From assembly GCA_943704415.1 (NCBI GenBank), contig CALSCO010000122.1, positions 1 to 64,000 on the forward strand: 64,000 nucleotides of DNA, written 5' to 3'. This document shows positions 39,101 to 51,800 of this stretch, in pieces; the stretch's first letter is position 1; each line of letters opens with the position of its first letter. Source of the stretch: Parvularia atlantis (taxonomy: Eukaryota). The notes below the pieces were generated by a model. The model did no database searches and was not told where the DNA came from. It was given only the letters and a program-made list of their open reading frames with translations. The translations under genes were made by a program, and so were the position numbers.

Positions 39101-41631
39101 CGACGCGGGCCTTCAGGCGCTCGTTGGCGCGGGCAAGATCACCGTGGGCATGAAGCTGCGCGTGCTCGGGGCCGACGTGCGTCGCCGCGCCTGCCTGTCG
39201 CCGCGGCTGACGGGCACTGCGCAGCTGATGGGCCACGAGGAGGCGTGCCCGCCGCTCGAGCTGCGCGCCTCAGTGCACCTTAAGCTGTGCGTCAACGGGA
39301 CACGGCGCGCCGCGTGGGACGCCAGGATGGGCTACGTGCGCTTCAAGCGGCGGCCGATGCCCCTCGCGCAGGCACGTGTCGGCGGCGGGACAATCCCGTA
39401 CCTGGACGTTGTGGTGCTGCGGCGCTTCCCGGAGCAGTTTGAAGAGCGTGCGTGACGGTGGGTGTGCGCGCGTGCGGGCTCACTGACTGCGCGTCGTGCA
39501 GGCTACAAGGGCGGCGAGCGCGTCGTGCGCTCGGCACAGGAAGAGGAGGACCACCAGCGGCTGCTGCTCGTGCGTGGCACACCTTGCACGGCACAGAGCT
39601 TACGCTCGTGCGATCAACAGGAGCAGCAGCAGCGCCGGCACGAGCAGAGTGCGGGCGGTCCGGGCGAGATGGGCGACGACGCCGAGCGCGTACGCCTGCA
39701 CGCTCGACTGCTGTCGCTCCCGTGACACTTGACGCGCCTTTCCACGCAGCGCGACGTCACCGTGTTCTTCAAGGTGCGCATCGGCGACTACCCGCGCGCC
39801 GAGCCGGGCGGGCCGACCAAGCCCACCGCGGCCGTGCTCAAGATCTACCGCCCCGACGAGAACACGTTTGCGCTGTTTGCGGAGGGTCGGCGCGTCAAGG
39901 TGCGCGTGCGCGCTAATGTTAGGGCGTCGCGTGGCTCACGCAGTTGCAGATCTATGGCGCCTCTGCGGGCGTGACGCCGGCGCGTGCCAGCAGCGCGTCG
40001 TCCGCGCCGTCCCTGTTCCTGTTCAACAGCCGGTCGACACGGTGGTGCGCCAAACGCAAGCCCGGTATGCTGCGGGCTCACGGCTGCTGCCGCGCAGGCT
40101 CGAGGCGCCCGCGGACCCCGTCCGGCTCCAGCGCTCGCTCTACGTCGCGCGCACGCGGCTCACGCTCGGCTCGGCTGCGCCCGAGCCGCGGTCGCAGCAC
40201 GACCTCGTCGTCTGCGTTGCCGCTGTGTCGGCCACGGGTGCGTCGCGCGTGCACGTCGAGACGAATGCGCATGCTCAGTCCGGCACATGCAGAGCGCGTG
40301 AACACGCAGGGCGGGCGCGTGCGGTTCGTGCGCCACCTGTGGCTCTTGGACGAGACGAGCGAGCAGGCCGGCGCGACCGTGCCGCGCCTCGCCTACCTCA
40401 AGTGGTGGTCTGATGAGCCCAGCGTCGGACCGCTGGTGCCCAAGGTGCGCGCTCGCCGGACAGCATCGGCCGGGCTGGCTGACAGTTCAGCGCTGCAGGC
40501 GGTCGTGTGCCTCGGCGCCGTGCTCTACGGCGAGCTGCTGGAGGAAGTGGACGTGCACGTGCTGACGATGCACCATGAGTCGTCGCTCACGACGCACCCG
40601 CCAACGGCCGCGCTGCGTCAGGCCAAGAGCCGGCTTGATACGTGGCTTGTGCGGTGCGTGACCGTACGAGGACGTGTGCGTCGCTCAAAACGCGGCGCCA
40701 GCAACGCCTTTGCCGTTTCGCGCATCGTCGAGCATGCCCAGACGATGCTTGAGCGCGGCCGGCCGGACCGAGTCGAGTACCGCAGGCCGCGCGGCCCAGC
40801 AGCGCCCTCCGCCGTGGCGGCCGCGCCTGCTACAGCCTACCTGGACGACTACGACGACGAAAGCCTGGCCGAGCTCGATCTGCCGGACGATCTGCCGCTG
40901 CCGATGACGCCGGCGGCGCCACACCGCGCGCTGCTCCGCAGCGACCCCGACGGCGACGAGGGCATATCGCGCGGCTTACCCTCGTCAGCCCGCACGTGGA
41001 TCCCGTCGCTCGCAGCCGCGCAGCCCTTCTTCTGGGGTACAATCACGGCGCTGGCGCTCGCCCCGCGGCCGAATGGCGGGCTGGCCGTGCTCGTGAACGA
41101 CGGGGCCGTGACCCGACGCGTGCACGTGCAGCGCACGCCGCCGCTCATGCGTCTGTTTGGGACGATCCTGCCGCGTGAGCCGCACGCGGTGGCGCAGAGT
41201 AGCTCGGCGACGGCGCGATGGCTGCACGAGCGGTGCGCGGAGAACGCGGCCGTGACGCGGACGTGCACACGCAAGCAGCACCAGGTTTTCGACGTTGTGC
41301 TGACGCTGCTGAGCGAGCCGACGCCGGCGCGCTCGAACCCTGCCCTGCTCGGCGCGCTCGTCGACGCGCTCGCGATTGACATGGGCAAGTACAAGTTCCA
41401 CGTGCGTGCCCGCGCGCAGCGCCTAGTGTACCACGACTGCCTCATGCTCTTGCCGCGCAGTTCACGGTCGATCCCGTCGAGCCCGCAGACCTCGACAGCG
41501 TGCCCAGCCGCCCCGCGTGGCCCTACCGTGTCCCGACCGTGGCTGCACAGAGCGTCCGCGGCGCGCCCGCGCGCGCACCGAGCGCGCATGCCACACCGAG
41601 CACATCCGCGGACGACGCCGACGCACAGTGA
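36170..41631 (+). CDS. BRCA2: BRCA2 homolog (3 BRC repeats, helical domain, OB folds)
   Basis: BRC-like FTTGAGRKL..SLESAAKRF (twice) and FRSGNGRSL..ESLQAARDKF; WVTNHFRWIVWKLA; QLKY|RYEREI..RSALKLI; LTDGWY; NGTRRAAWDARMG. Confidence 0.93.
37442..37641 (+). repeat. Near-perfect tandem duplication (period 105 nt) of one BRC repeat
   Basis: atgccgacgttcacgacgggcgcgggacgcaagctc... at 37442 and 37547, differing by one T/A codon (agcaca vs agcgca). Confidence 0.92.
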
Positions 41632-41677
41632 CCCCTATAGTTTGTTGAGTCGTACAGAAGCGTTTTACGCCCAGCGT

Positions 41678-41730
41678 CTATGCTGGCTGCGTTGCGTCGT
41701 CGTCGTCGTCACCGTCGTCGACGTCGATCG

Positions 41731-41816
<86 letters not shown>

Positions 41817-44800
41817 GGCTGCTGTCGCTGCACGGGCGAGGTCTGCGCGCCTAATGTGAGCGCTTCGGCCGCCCCTGCTGCGCGCTGTCTGAACGCACCG
41901 CCGCCTCGGTCGACGCCTGCGAGGCGCCGTCTGTTGCGCCTGCTACACCAGGCTCGGCCTGCACCGTCACGACGACGACGATCGACTGCTCGCTCGCCGC
42001 CTTCAGGTCGGGGTCCGACTGGCGCCCAGACGTCAGCGAACGCGTCACAGGCGCGGCACCAACGGGGCGCACCACGAGCACGGGGTGACTGCCGCTCAGC
42101 GTCAGCTGCGACAGCTCGTCCACGAGCTCCACCAGCCGCGCGCTGTCGCCCGGGCCGCGTCCCATGCTAAGCACGAGCTTGAGCAGGCGCAAGTCCTTCC
42201 CGAGAGATGCGTCAGTCATCGGGCGCACACAGGCGGCTTGCAGGCGCACCAGCGCGGCGAGATGCACGTCGTCCGTCGTCAACGCGTCCGGCGCCTGCTG
42301 CACAATCTGCACCATCTCCTCGATATGCCGCGCGCTCTCCGTGGCCATCAGTTCCACGACTTCGGCATCGGTGAGCAGGGACAGCATCTGCGCGTGCGAC
42401 GACGGCGGCGGCGGTCAGCACGCAGACCAGCCGATGCGCGGCAGCCACGCACCTGCTGCAAGAGGGGCAAAAGCAGCTGGCGGACCTCGGCACGGTCGCG
42501 GAGGATGTCGCGCTCCCGCGTCCACAGGTCCTGTACCGCCAGCGCGGCGTCCTGTGCCGGCGATTGCAATGGGTCAGTGCCGCGCGCAGCACGCCCACCT
42601 CGTGCATCGCGGACCATGTTGGTCGTCAGCACGTGCACCAGCTTGGCGTAGCTCTCGGCCGCAAACGCGTCCGTCGGGTTGGCGTGATGCCGCCCCGCAA
42701 TGCCCGCCCAAACACGCAGCATATCGTCGCAGCTCGCCATGAGCATCTCGCGAGCGATGATCGCGCCTGGCCGCGCGCAGCTCTTCAGTCACCGCGCCCC
42801 ACGTCAAGTGCACCACGCACTCATTTGCAACGCGTGCTCGCGCAGCGCCGGGATGCCCACCGCCGCAGTCACGAGGGCCACGCAAAAGTGGGCGTAAGGC
42901 GTCAGCAGCTGCTCCGACACGAGGCGCATGTCCTCGCGCGTGTGCCCGTTGACCTCCACTAGCCACGCACACCAGTGCACCCTCGGCGGCGGGATCGCCT
43001 TCTCTCGCGCGCGTCAGTGCCCCGCATACCGCACCCGCCCGGCAGCCAGCGCGCACATCGTCATCTTCCAGCACCTGCGCGACAAAGCGCGCGAACCCGC
43101 CGCGGTTGAGCGGCGAGTAGTTGCGCTCGTACAGCGCCGAGATGCCTGCGCGTGATACCAGTCAGCGACGACCGCTGCTTTTCGGGCGCGCGTGCGTACG
43201 CTGCGGGGTCAGCCGCGACTGGTCTAGCAGGTGGGCAAAGTCGTCGTGCTCCTTCGTGAGGACCTCGACCATGCGCTCAAACGCCGCAATAAACAGGTCG
43301 CTTGCCAGCATCATCATCAGCGTCTCTGCAGAGCGAGCGCGAACGCGTCAGACACGCAGCGGCCCCGCTCAAGCAGCAGACGCACCGAGCGCGGCGCGCC
43401 GCACGGCCAGCGGCTCGTGGAAGCCAACGAGCGACAGCGCCACCTCTGCAAACACCGCCATGTTCTGCCAGCGCCGCGTCGCGGCCGTGCACATGTTGAC
43501 TGCGCCCGCGAGGCGCCGCACGTCAGCCGCGCTCCCCACCGTCGCGTGCCACACACTGATCCAGCGCGCACGCTCCGAGTCGTCCTGGCGAGCCTGGGCC
43601 AGCGAGGTCTGGAAGAAGCGGAGCGCAACTTGGACGATGTGTAGGCTGCGCGGTGGTGAGCAAGCGTGCGGCGTCACAAAGGGGGAGGAGGCGCCAGCGG
43701 CACCTGATCGTGAACGTCTGCGAGTCGTTGGCCTCGTCTTCGTGCTGGTACACGACCTCGCGGATGGCCGTCGTAAGGTACGCAAGCCCGTTTGCGTCGA
43801 GGAAGTGCCGAACGTCGACGTCGGTGTGGATGCACGCGTTGAGCGTCCTGGCGCGACCGCGCTGTCAGTGTGCCAACCCCGTCTCGGCGCAGCGCCACGC
43901 ACTTGACCAGCATCCGCGCCGTCACGTTCTGCCGCGCCGAGATGATACGCGTCATCATCGTCTTGCGGAAGGCGGGCACGCGCTCGGCCGCGACTTGCAC
44001 AAGCGCAAACAGCTCCTCCGCGATCTGCGCCGGGCGCCGGCAGCGCTGCGTGAGCGACTGCAGCTGGCAGCGACCGGAAGCGCGCACCGCCGGATAGTCG
44101 CTGGTGAAGAACATGTGGTCGAGCGCCCACGTGAAGTTCTCGTGCTCGGCCATGAACATGACGTACTCTGGCGACGCAGCGCACAGCTGCCGCCACCCGC
44201 CCGTCAGCGGACGCAGGTCGGGCCCCGCGCGCGCACCATCTGCAGCAGCTTGTAGAGCGTCGGGATGGACACGTGGTTGTAATAGCGGAACTTGTCGTCG
44301 TTTCGCAGTCTGCCGGCACCGCACAACGCGCGTGAGCCCGCCGCTGCTGCCGCGAGACGCGGGCGGGCAGGCGGCGCACGAGACGTAGCACACGGTCAGG
44401 CGCGCGTAGAACATTGGCGTGATGGCGATCGTGCGCGTGACCTCGCGGCAGTCGGCCATGGTCTTGTACACGAGGTTGAGCACCTCCTGCACGCGGGCGC
44501 ACGCGGCCGCGTCAGACCACGTCGGCCGTCGGCAGCACCGCGTGCTGCAGCACCCGCTTGTTCTCGTCGCACTCAAACTGCTGCTGGTCAATCGCAGTGA
44601 ACAGGCCAAACAGCTGCTCGAGGTGGGGCAGAAACTGATGCATGCGGCCGTCAGCCACGCGACGCTGCCGCTGCCCGCGCAGGCGCGAGCGACGCACCGC
44701 GAGCTGGTCCTCGTGACGCTGCACGCACGAAATCAGGCAGCGCACGTACGCGACCAGGTGCATGGTCGACACGACTGCGTCCCGGTCTCAGCAAGAGCCA

Positions 44801-45791
44801 GGCGGTCGGGCGCGCACACGCACCGCGCGACGCGTGCTCGGGCGGGGCCGCGATGCGCTGGGCGATGGGCAAGAGCGTCAGGAGCGTGCGAAAGATCTCG
44901 CGGTGAGCGTCCGCGTCGATCGGGCGAGCATCACCACGCGCGTATGTCGGAGACGCGTGCACGACTGCCGAAGCGCGGTCAGGCGCGATCTTCCGCGGGC
45001 GAGGCGCGCACCGGGCAGCGACTCGAGCCGCAGCTGCGCCGTCGCAACGCTCGCTAGGCCTTCCATGCGCTCGACGCCCCCAGCGTCCACCGTGGCTGTT
45101 GCCGCTGCCATCGGCGCCGGCTCACTCAGCGGTTGGCCTTGAGGCGAAGCCGGCGGCACGTCCGGCGGCCCCATCTGCGCGTCTTGCGGCACCGCGATCT
45201 GGCTGACGGCCGTCGCGACGAGCGACAGCATCGCCGAGGGTGCGGCCGCCGGCGAGCCCGGAGCGACGAGCAAGAGCTCGCGCACGAGCTCCTCCGCGCT
45301 GCTCGACACGTTCTCGTGGCCGCCGCGCAGGAGCCACTTGGGCGCCCACTCGGCCACGCGCTGCACGAGCCATTGCCGCACTGACGGGAAGTCATGCGCG
45401 CAGTGCTTGAGGAAGCGGATGTACTCGGAGACGGTGCGCACGTAGCCCATGTTGTCGTCAACGATCTGCGGGGCGCGCGTGAGCACAGACGTCGGTCGCG
45501 CGAGCACACGCACGCACCTTCATGAACTCGCTCAGGATGAGGTGCACGCGCGTGTCGGTGTCGCTCGTGGCCAGCGCCAGTAGATGGTGCACGACCTCAA
45601 AGTAGCTCGCGAAAAAGTCGGTCTTGACGCTGTTGAGGCCGTGCATGAGCACCGCCACAAGCTCGCTCAGCAGCGCGTCGCTCTGCAGGCTCAGGTGCCC
45701 GAAGATGGTTAGCGTTGAGGGCATGTGCACGCCGTCGCGCACGAGCCGCGCCAGGAACACGTGCGCCTCGCCCTGCTCCGCCTCCGAGGCG

Positions 45792-45827
<36 letters not shown>

Positions 45828-48800
45828 GAGATCGACGACGGGCTCGTGCGGGCCACAACTTCGCGCACAGCAGCGGTCGGGCCGACCGGCGGCGCGGGCG
45901 GCGCAGGCCCGAGCAGGAGCCACAGGTCCGCGGGCGACAGCTGAGGCCCCGTGGAGCCGCGCGACGGCTCGATCGGCCACGCCTGCGCGGGCGTGAGCGT
46001 GTAGACCACTTGGCGTTGCTCGTCGACGCTGAGGCGCGCGATTGACGCGTTGACGTCGCAGGCCGTCACCAGCGCGGCAACGAGCATGACCATCGACGAC
46101 ACCGGCGGCGACGTGAAGAGGTCACCCACACGGCGCTGCGCCTGCGGCAACGGTGCCCACGCCGCCGTCGCGGCCGAGGCGGGCAGAGCCGGCGGCACGC
46201 GCTCGTGGGTGCAATCCTGCCCGAGGTAGAACGCGCACAGGCGGCCGACCGCGCCGCGCGAGATCAGGTACGTCAGGTCGTGCGCCGAGGCCGTGCCGAG
46301 CTGGCGCAGGAGCGTCATCAGCGTCTCGACGTGCCGCCAGTGCGGCGGAGCGAGGAGCAGCAGGTCCAGCAGCGTGTCCAGCAGCCCCGCCACGGCGGAG
46401 ACGGGCAGCCCGGCCGCCTGGGCCATGACCGGCACGGAGTAGGTCGGGGTGTGCGCCGCGGTCTCGAGCGGGCGCAGCGTGCTGGCGGCCACCTGCACGA
46501 GATCGGCCAGCGCATGCTGGCTCTCGCGCACGTACGACAGGAGCAGGTGTTGCTGCAGCCAGCGCGGATCGTGGCGCAGGCCGTTGAGGAGCCACGTGCA
46601 CAGCGCCGTGTGGCGCGCGTACTCGTGTCGCAGGTAGGCCAGCCAGCGCGGCAGGTCGGCACGTTCTTGCGCGTGCGCGAGCGTATTGAAGACAAAGAGC
46701 GTGCCCACCTGCGCCGCTTGCAATGGCAGGCTCGCCGCCCTGTCCAGCCCGAGCGGCTGCGTCGGCACCGCGGGCACGCTGACCATCGCCGACGCGTCGC
46801 CCGCACTCGACGGCACCGCGCTCGCCATGTCCACGACCGTCCACACGAACTGGAAGTTGCGCGGGTCAAACACGCACTTGTCTCGCAGGAACTCCTCGTT
46901 CGACCGCCGGATCGACGCGCGGATATTGCACAGGATGGCCGCTGTGCCCGCCGCGCCCGACGGTGCCAACGCGCTCTCGCTCTGCGCCGCGCCCTCGGCC
47001 CCGCCCACGGTTGTCCCGTTGGGCGGATCGGGCGCTGCGCCGGGCGGGCTCACAGCCGACGCTGCAGCAGTGTTTGCCGCGGCGCTCGCTACTGCAATCG
47101 GCTTGCTCTGGTCGCGCTCGTAGAAGAGCATGTAGGCCGAGTAGGGCTTGGCCTGCCAGCGCCCGCTGCTCTTGCCGTCGAGCGGGTCGTAGCTGGGCAC
47201 CCAGTCGTTGCCGCCAAAGCACTGCGCGGGGATATTGTCGGGCGAAAAGCGCGTGGTGCTCGAGTCGTTGAAGTGGATCCACTCGGGCTCGGTGTTGCCC
47301 GGGCGCACGTGGCGCTCCTTGATGAATGAGTAGTAGTGACCCGAGTCGGCCGTGCCCGTGTGCACGAGGATGCCCACGAGGCGGTACGAGGCGGCGCCGA
47401 CAGCTGGCGGCGCGCCGTCGACGGCCATCTCCACGCCCACGCTCTCCTTCGCGCTCGCGCTGGTGATGTCCGACACAGATTCCGACGCCGACACGGGCGT
47501 CGATGTCGCGGTCGAGCCCGCCACAGACGAGCCCGGCGCGGGCGTGAGCTCGCGGTCCTCGTGCGCGGCGATGTAGTCATACGTGTACGGCTCCATGTTG
47601 AGCTCGAGCGGAAACTCGCAGTGGTCGTTGATCTTGAACCGCTTGAGCTGCTCCATGTCAAACTCGAAGCGTTTGAGGTGAAGGATGAGCGTGTTGGGCA
47701 GCTTGAGCACGCACGCGCTGCGTGAGCGCGTGGGGCACGTCGCATCGTCAGATGCCGCGGCATGGCCGTTGCCGGCCGCACCGCTTGACCGCGTTGACGT
47801 GCTTGCGGCACTCGGCACAAAAATACTTGTTGTCGCCGTCGAGCATCTCGCCCTTGACGTACGTCTGGAGGCTCTCGAGGATGGACTTCTTGTTCTTGAT
47901 GTCGCACTGCAATGCCGAGAAAGGCTCCTGTGCATGTGACACCGCGTGAACTGTGCACGACGCGCGAAGCACCGCCAGCACACCTCGCGGCTGGACACGT
48001 GCGGGCACTCGAGCGACTTGATCTGCTGGATCAGCTTGCCGCCAAACGTGTCCTGGAAGATGACCTTCTGCAGTTGCACACGGGACGTGAGACCGGCCAT
48101 ACGCGTGTGCCGAGCCCGCGCACGCACTGCCGCGTCCGTGCCCTTGAGCAAGTTCTCCAGGCGGTCAAAGAGCATGTTGAAGAACTCGTCCACGTCCATC
48201 TGCACCGACGTGTTCATCACGTTGCCGTCGTAGTCCTTGAACGAGCGGCAGAACGGCATGGTGTCGTACGATGACTTCTCGCTCTCCTGCGTGTGGGGGG
48301 CGTCGGCGTTAGTGCGCCGCGCAGCGGTAGGGTCGGCGAGCACACGTCACCTGCAGGTACGTGAACATGGTCTGCAGCTGCAGCAGGATCGAGTCCTGCA
48401 GCGCCGCCTCGGATGCGGCGACCGTTTCTGGCAGGGGCGCGTCGAGCAATGCCTGTGCGCAGCGTGTCAGCCGAGCAGCGCCTGCGCTGTTATGCACACG
48501 CGCGGCGCACCCGGCGAAAGTGCGGGATCATGAAGAACTGTTGCATGATCGAGTTCATGTAACACGTCGCGCCCTGATTGACGAGCCCGACGTAGCCACA
48601 CGCGGAGCGCTCCTGCTGGCGCGGGTTGTAGTTCCACAGCACGTTCTTGCTCTCGCCTGCGCCCGCCGGGTCGTCAGCACAGGCGCCGCGACGACGACAA
48701 GAGCGCGCGCACTGTTGTCGTGCTGGCGTGCGAGCGCTTCGAGCACCTCGCCCACGTGCGGCTCGTGGTGGCACAGCGTCGTCAGGAGCGCAAAGGCCGC

Positions 48801-51800
48801 TGCGCGCGTCGCCGGCCGCTTGCAGATGAAGGCCGCCGCGCTGCCGTCCTGGCCGCCAAAGAGGCAGCGTCCGTGAACGACGCTTACGAGGCCAGCACTG
48901 TGCAGGTTGTCAGCGCGGCGCAATCAAGTGGCCACATGCACGTGCCTTCGTGCAAGACTCTGCAACGCCGGGAAGGCGCGCAAAAAGACGCTGCACAGGC
49001 TAAAGTAACCCTGGAGCACCGTGTCCTCACTCGCGCGCGACGCAGCCTGCGCGTGGCACCGTGAGCGGCCCTTCAACTGCCAGAACGCAAAAGCGCACCT
49101 CGATCGCCGCCCGGTCGCGCACGCGCCGTATGATGTCCTCAAACAGCGCCGTCACGTCCGTCAGGACCTCGCTGCCCGGCCCGATCGACCGGTCCCAGTC
49201 GCCAAAGTACGTGCTGCGCGGTCGCGAAAGGGGTCAGCCGCGCGGCGCTGGGTGGCAGCACGCACGCCAAGAGCATCTCAAGCACGCCAAAGTACTCTTT
49301 GGCGCTCGCCGTGTACCGCGCGAGTGTGTCCTCGGCCATGAGCGCCAAAAGCTGCTGCTGCACGCGCCAGAACGGCGTCGTGGTCCAGCTGCGCAACGAG
49401 ATTCAGGGTCACGGCACGACGGCGCCCCAGGCATACCGAGGCAGGCCGAGGTGCTTAGTGTCGGCCGTGGGCATGCCCTCAAGCGCAAACGTCTGCAGCA
49501 GCTCGCCGACCGTGACGCGCACGAGCTGCGACGGCGAGCCGAGCAGCGCGCGCTCGGCCAGGATGTATGGACGCAGTAAGAGGTCGGTCGCGGCGGGCGA
49601 CTGCGCGGTCAACGCGCACGCCAGCGACAACGCCGTGTGCACGAGCGAGGCCGACACGTCCGCGCGGATCTGGCGTCGCACCATGAGCATCATGATGTGG
49701 CAAAGGAAAGCCGCGCAATGCACACCTGCGCCGTGTGGGACCGCCGTACGGACGAGGATGTCGGTGGACTGCGCACGGGGCCGACGAGGGCCGTGTCTGA
49801 TGCCGCGGGGTCGTCGTCCACGTCGAGCTGTATCGGTGCTGCGTCGGCGGCCGTCGTCTCGACCAGCCTCACCAAAACCTGCACCAGCCGTCCGTGTACG
49901 TCGTCCATCTCGGAGCCAGCGTCCGCAGCCACGCGCTCCGCGACGGCGCCAATTAGGTTCGGCTTCATCCACGCCTCGCTGGGGCGCAGGCGGCCGGTCG
50001 TGTCTGCGGCCACGCGTGAGTGTGGTGCGGGCGCGCAAGCGACGACGCGCACCGAGCAGCAGCCCGCTGACCACTTGGAGCAGCAGCACGAGGCACTGGC
50101 CGTACAGCGGCTGCTGTCCGAGCGCCTCCGAGCCAAACTGGGCGAGCAGCGTGCAGAGGTGTGTGGCACCGCCGTGCTCGATAAAGCGGGCTGTCCACGA
50201 CGGCTGCTGCTGCTAGAAGAGAACGGCGGAGTTGGCATCGGCAGCGTGCATTGCATGCTGCGGCGCACCGCCTGCATGCCCGCGTCGCTCTCCTGCACGT
50301 CCTCAGACGTCAGCGCCTGGACGATCTGCAGCGCGTAAAGCAGGCGGAACTTGTCGCCGCTGCGCAGCCACTGCGACCAGTGCAGAGTGCGGCCCGCGTC
50401 CGGCCCTGGCGCCACCTCGGACAGTGCGCGCAGACCCGCGAGCAGGTTGGGGTCCGTCGGCAGCGACATAAGCAGATCCCACACCTGTGCCACGCAAGCG
50501 CTAAGCGACGACATAGCCGCGCGCACACAGACAGACGCACGCGCGCCACAAACTCGTCCTGCGACGACAGCAGCTGGAACAGGTCGTCCACGTAGTGCTC
50601 CGTCAAGACGACGGCGGGCATGCACTGTGCGACGCGCCGCACTCGATCAGCAGCGCGACAGCAGAGGAGGGTCAGGACGCACCGGCCTCAGCGCGGCGGC
50701 TTGCGCGAGCATCGTCGGCAGGTTGGTCTTGACGTCCTTCTGCGCGTGCACGAGCGGGCGTGTGGGCGGCAGCGTCACGAGCCACGACGCGGCATCGCAC
50801 CAGCGCGACGCCGTGCTTATTGACGCGCGTGATGACCGAGATCACCTGGCGGTCGACGATGTTCATCTCGCCCAGCATGCGCTCGTGCAGCACCGGCAAG
50901 AGCTCCTTGCCTGTCACGGCGAGCGGGGCGTCAGCGGTGCTTGAGTGCACGGCCCAGGCGCACCGTTCGTCACGGCACGAAAGGTCTCAATGGGTGAGTG
51001 CTTGATCTCCTCGGCGATGCGCTGCTTGAGGGCGCCGATCGTCTCCTTCGTGTGCGACCTGAGGAAGTGCGTCGGCCCCTGCATTGCGTCCCGGTCAGAG
51101 CCATGCGCCATGCGCTGCAAGCGAGCGCAGACGCACGTCAAGCAGCTTGATTGACAACGTCAGCGGCTCGCCGCGGCCGAGCGCGCTGTGGCGCCGCAAG
51201 CCCGCTGCGCTCACGACGGCGGCGTGCCGCGCGTTGAAGCTCTCGATGTACAGCTGCGCGCCGTGTGAGAGAAGCAGGCCGTGCTTCGTAGCAGCGCGCA
51301 CCTGCAGCAGCTGCAGGCACCGGTTAGCGACGTGCGTTGCCTCTGCGACCGAAGCGATCGTGATCAGGGACGGTGGCCCTTCACCCACCGGCGGCGCTGT
51401 CAGCCCCAGGCGCGTGCGTGCGGTGCATTGAGGCACACCCTCCGCGGTCGTAATAGCTGCCGCCGTGACGCCGTTCGTGCTGAGCGTGCGCAGGGTACGG
51501 GTCGCACTCTGCAGCTCGACCATGCACTTGTCGACAAACTGACGGCTGCGCGGGCCGACCTGGCTCGTGAGGTCCTGTGACAGCTGCGGTCGAGCGGCAG
51601 TCAGCGTGTGCGCCACGGGTGTGCGCGCGGCGTACGTTGGTGTACAGCAGGACGAGGAACTGCATGACCTCGATGCCGACATCTTCCTGCTTGCACAGCA
51701 GCGCGGCGCGCCAGATCAGCTCAAGGCCATGCAGCTCGCCGCGCACGGTCGGCTTGCCCTCGATCTGCACCCGCGCCGTCAGTCGCGCAGGCATAGCCAC

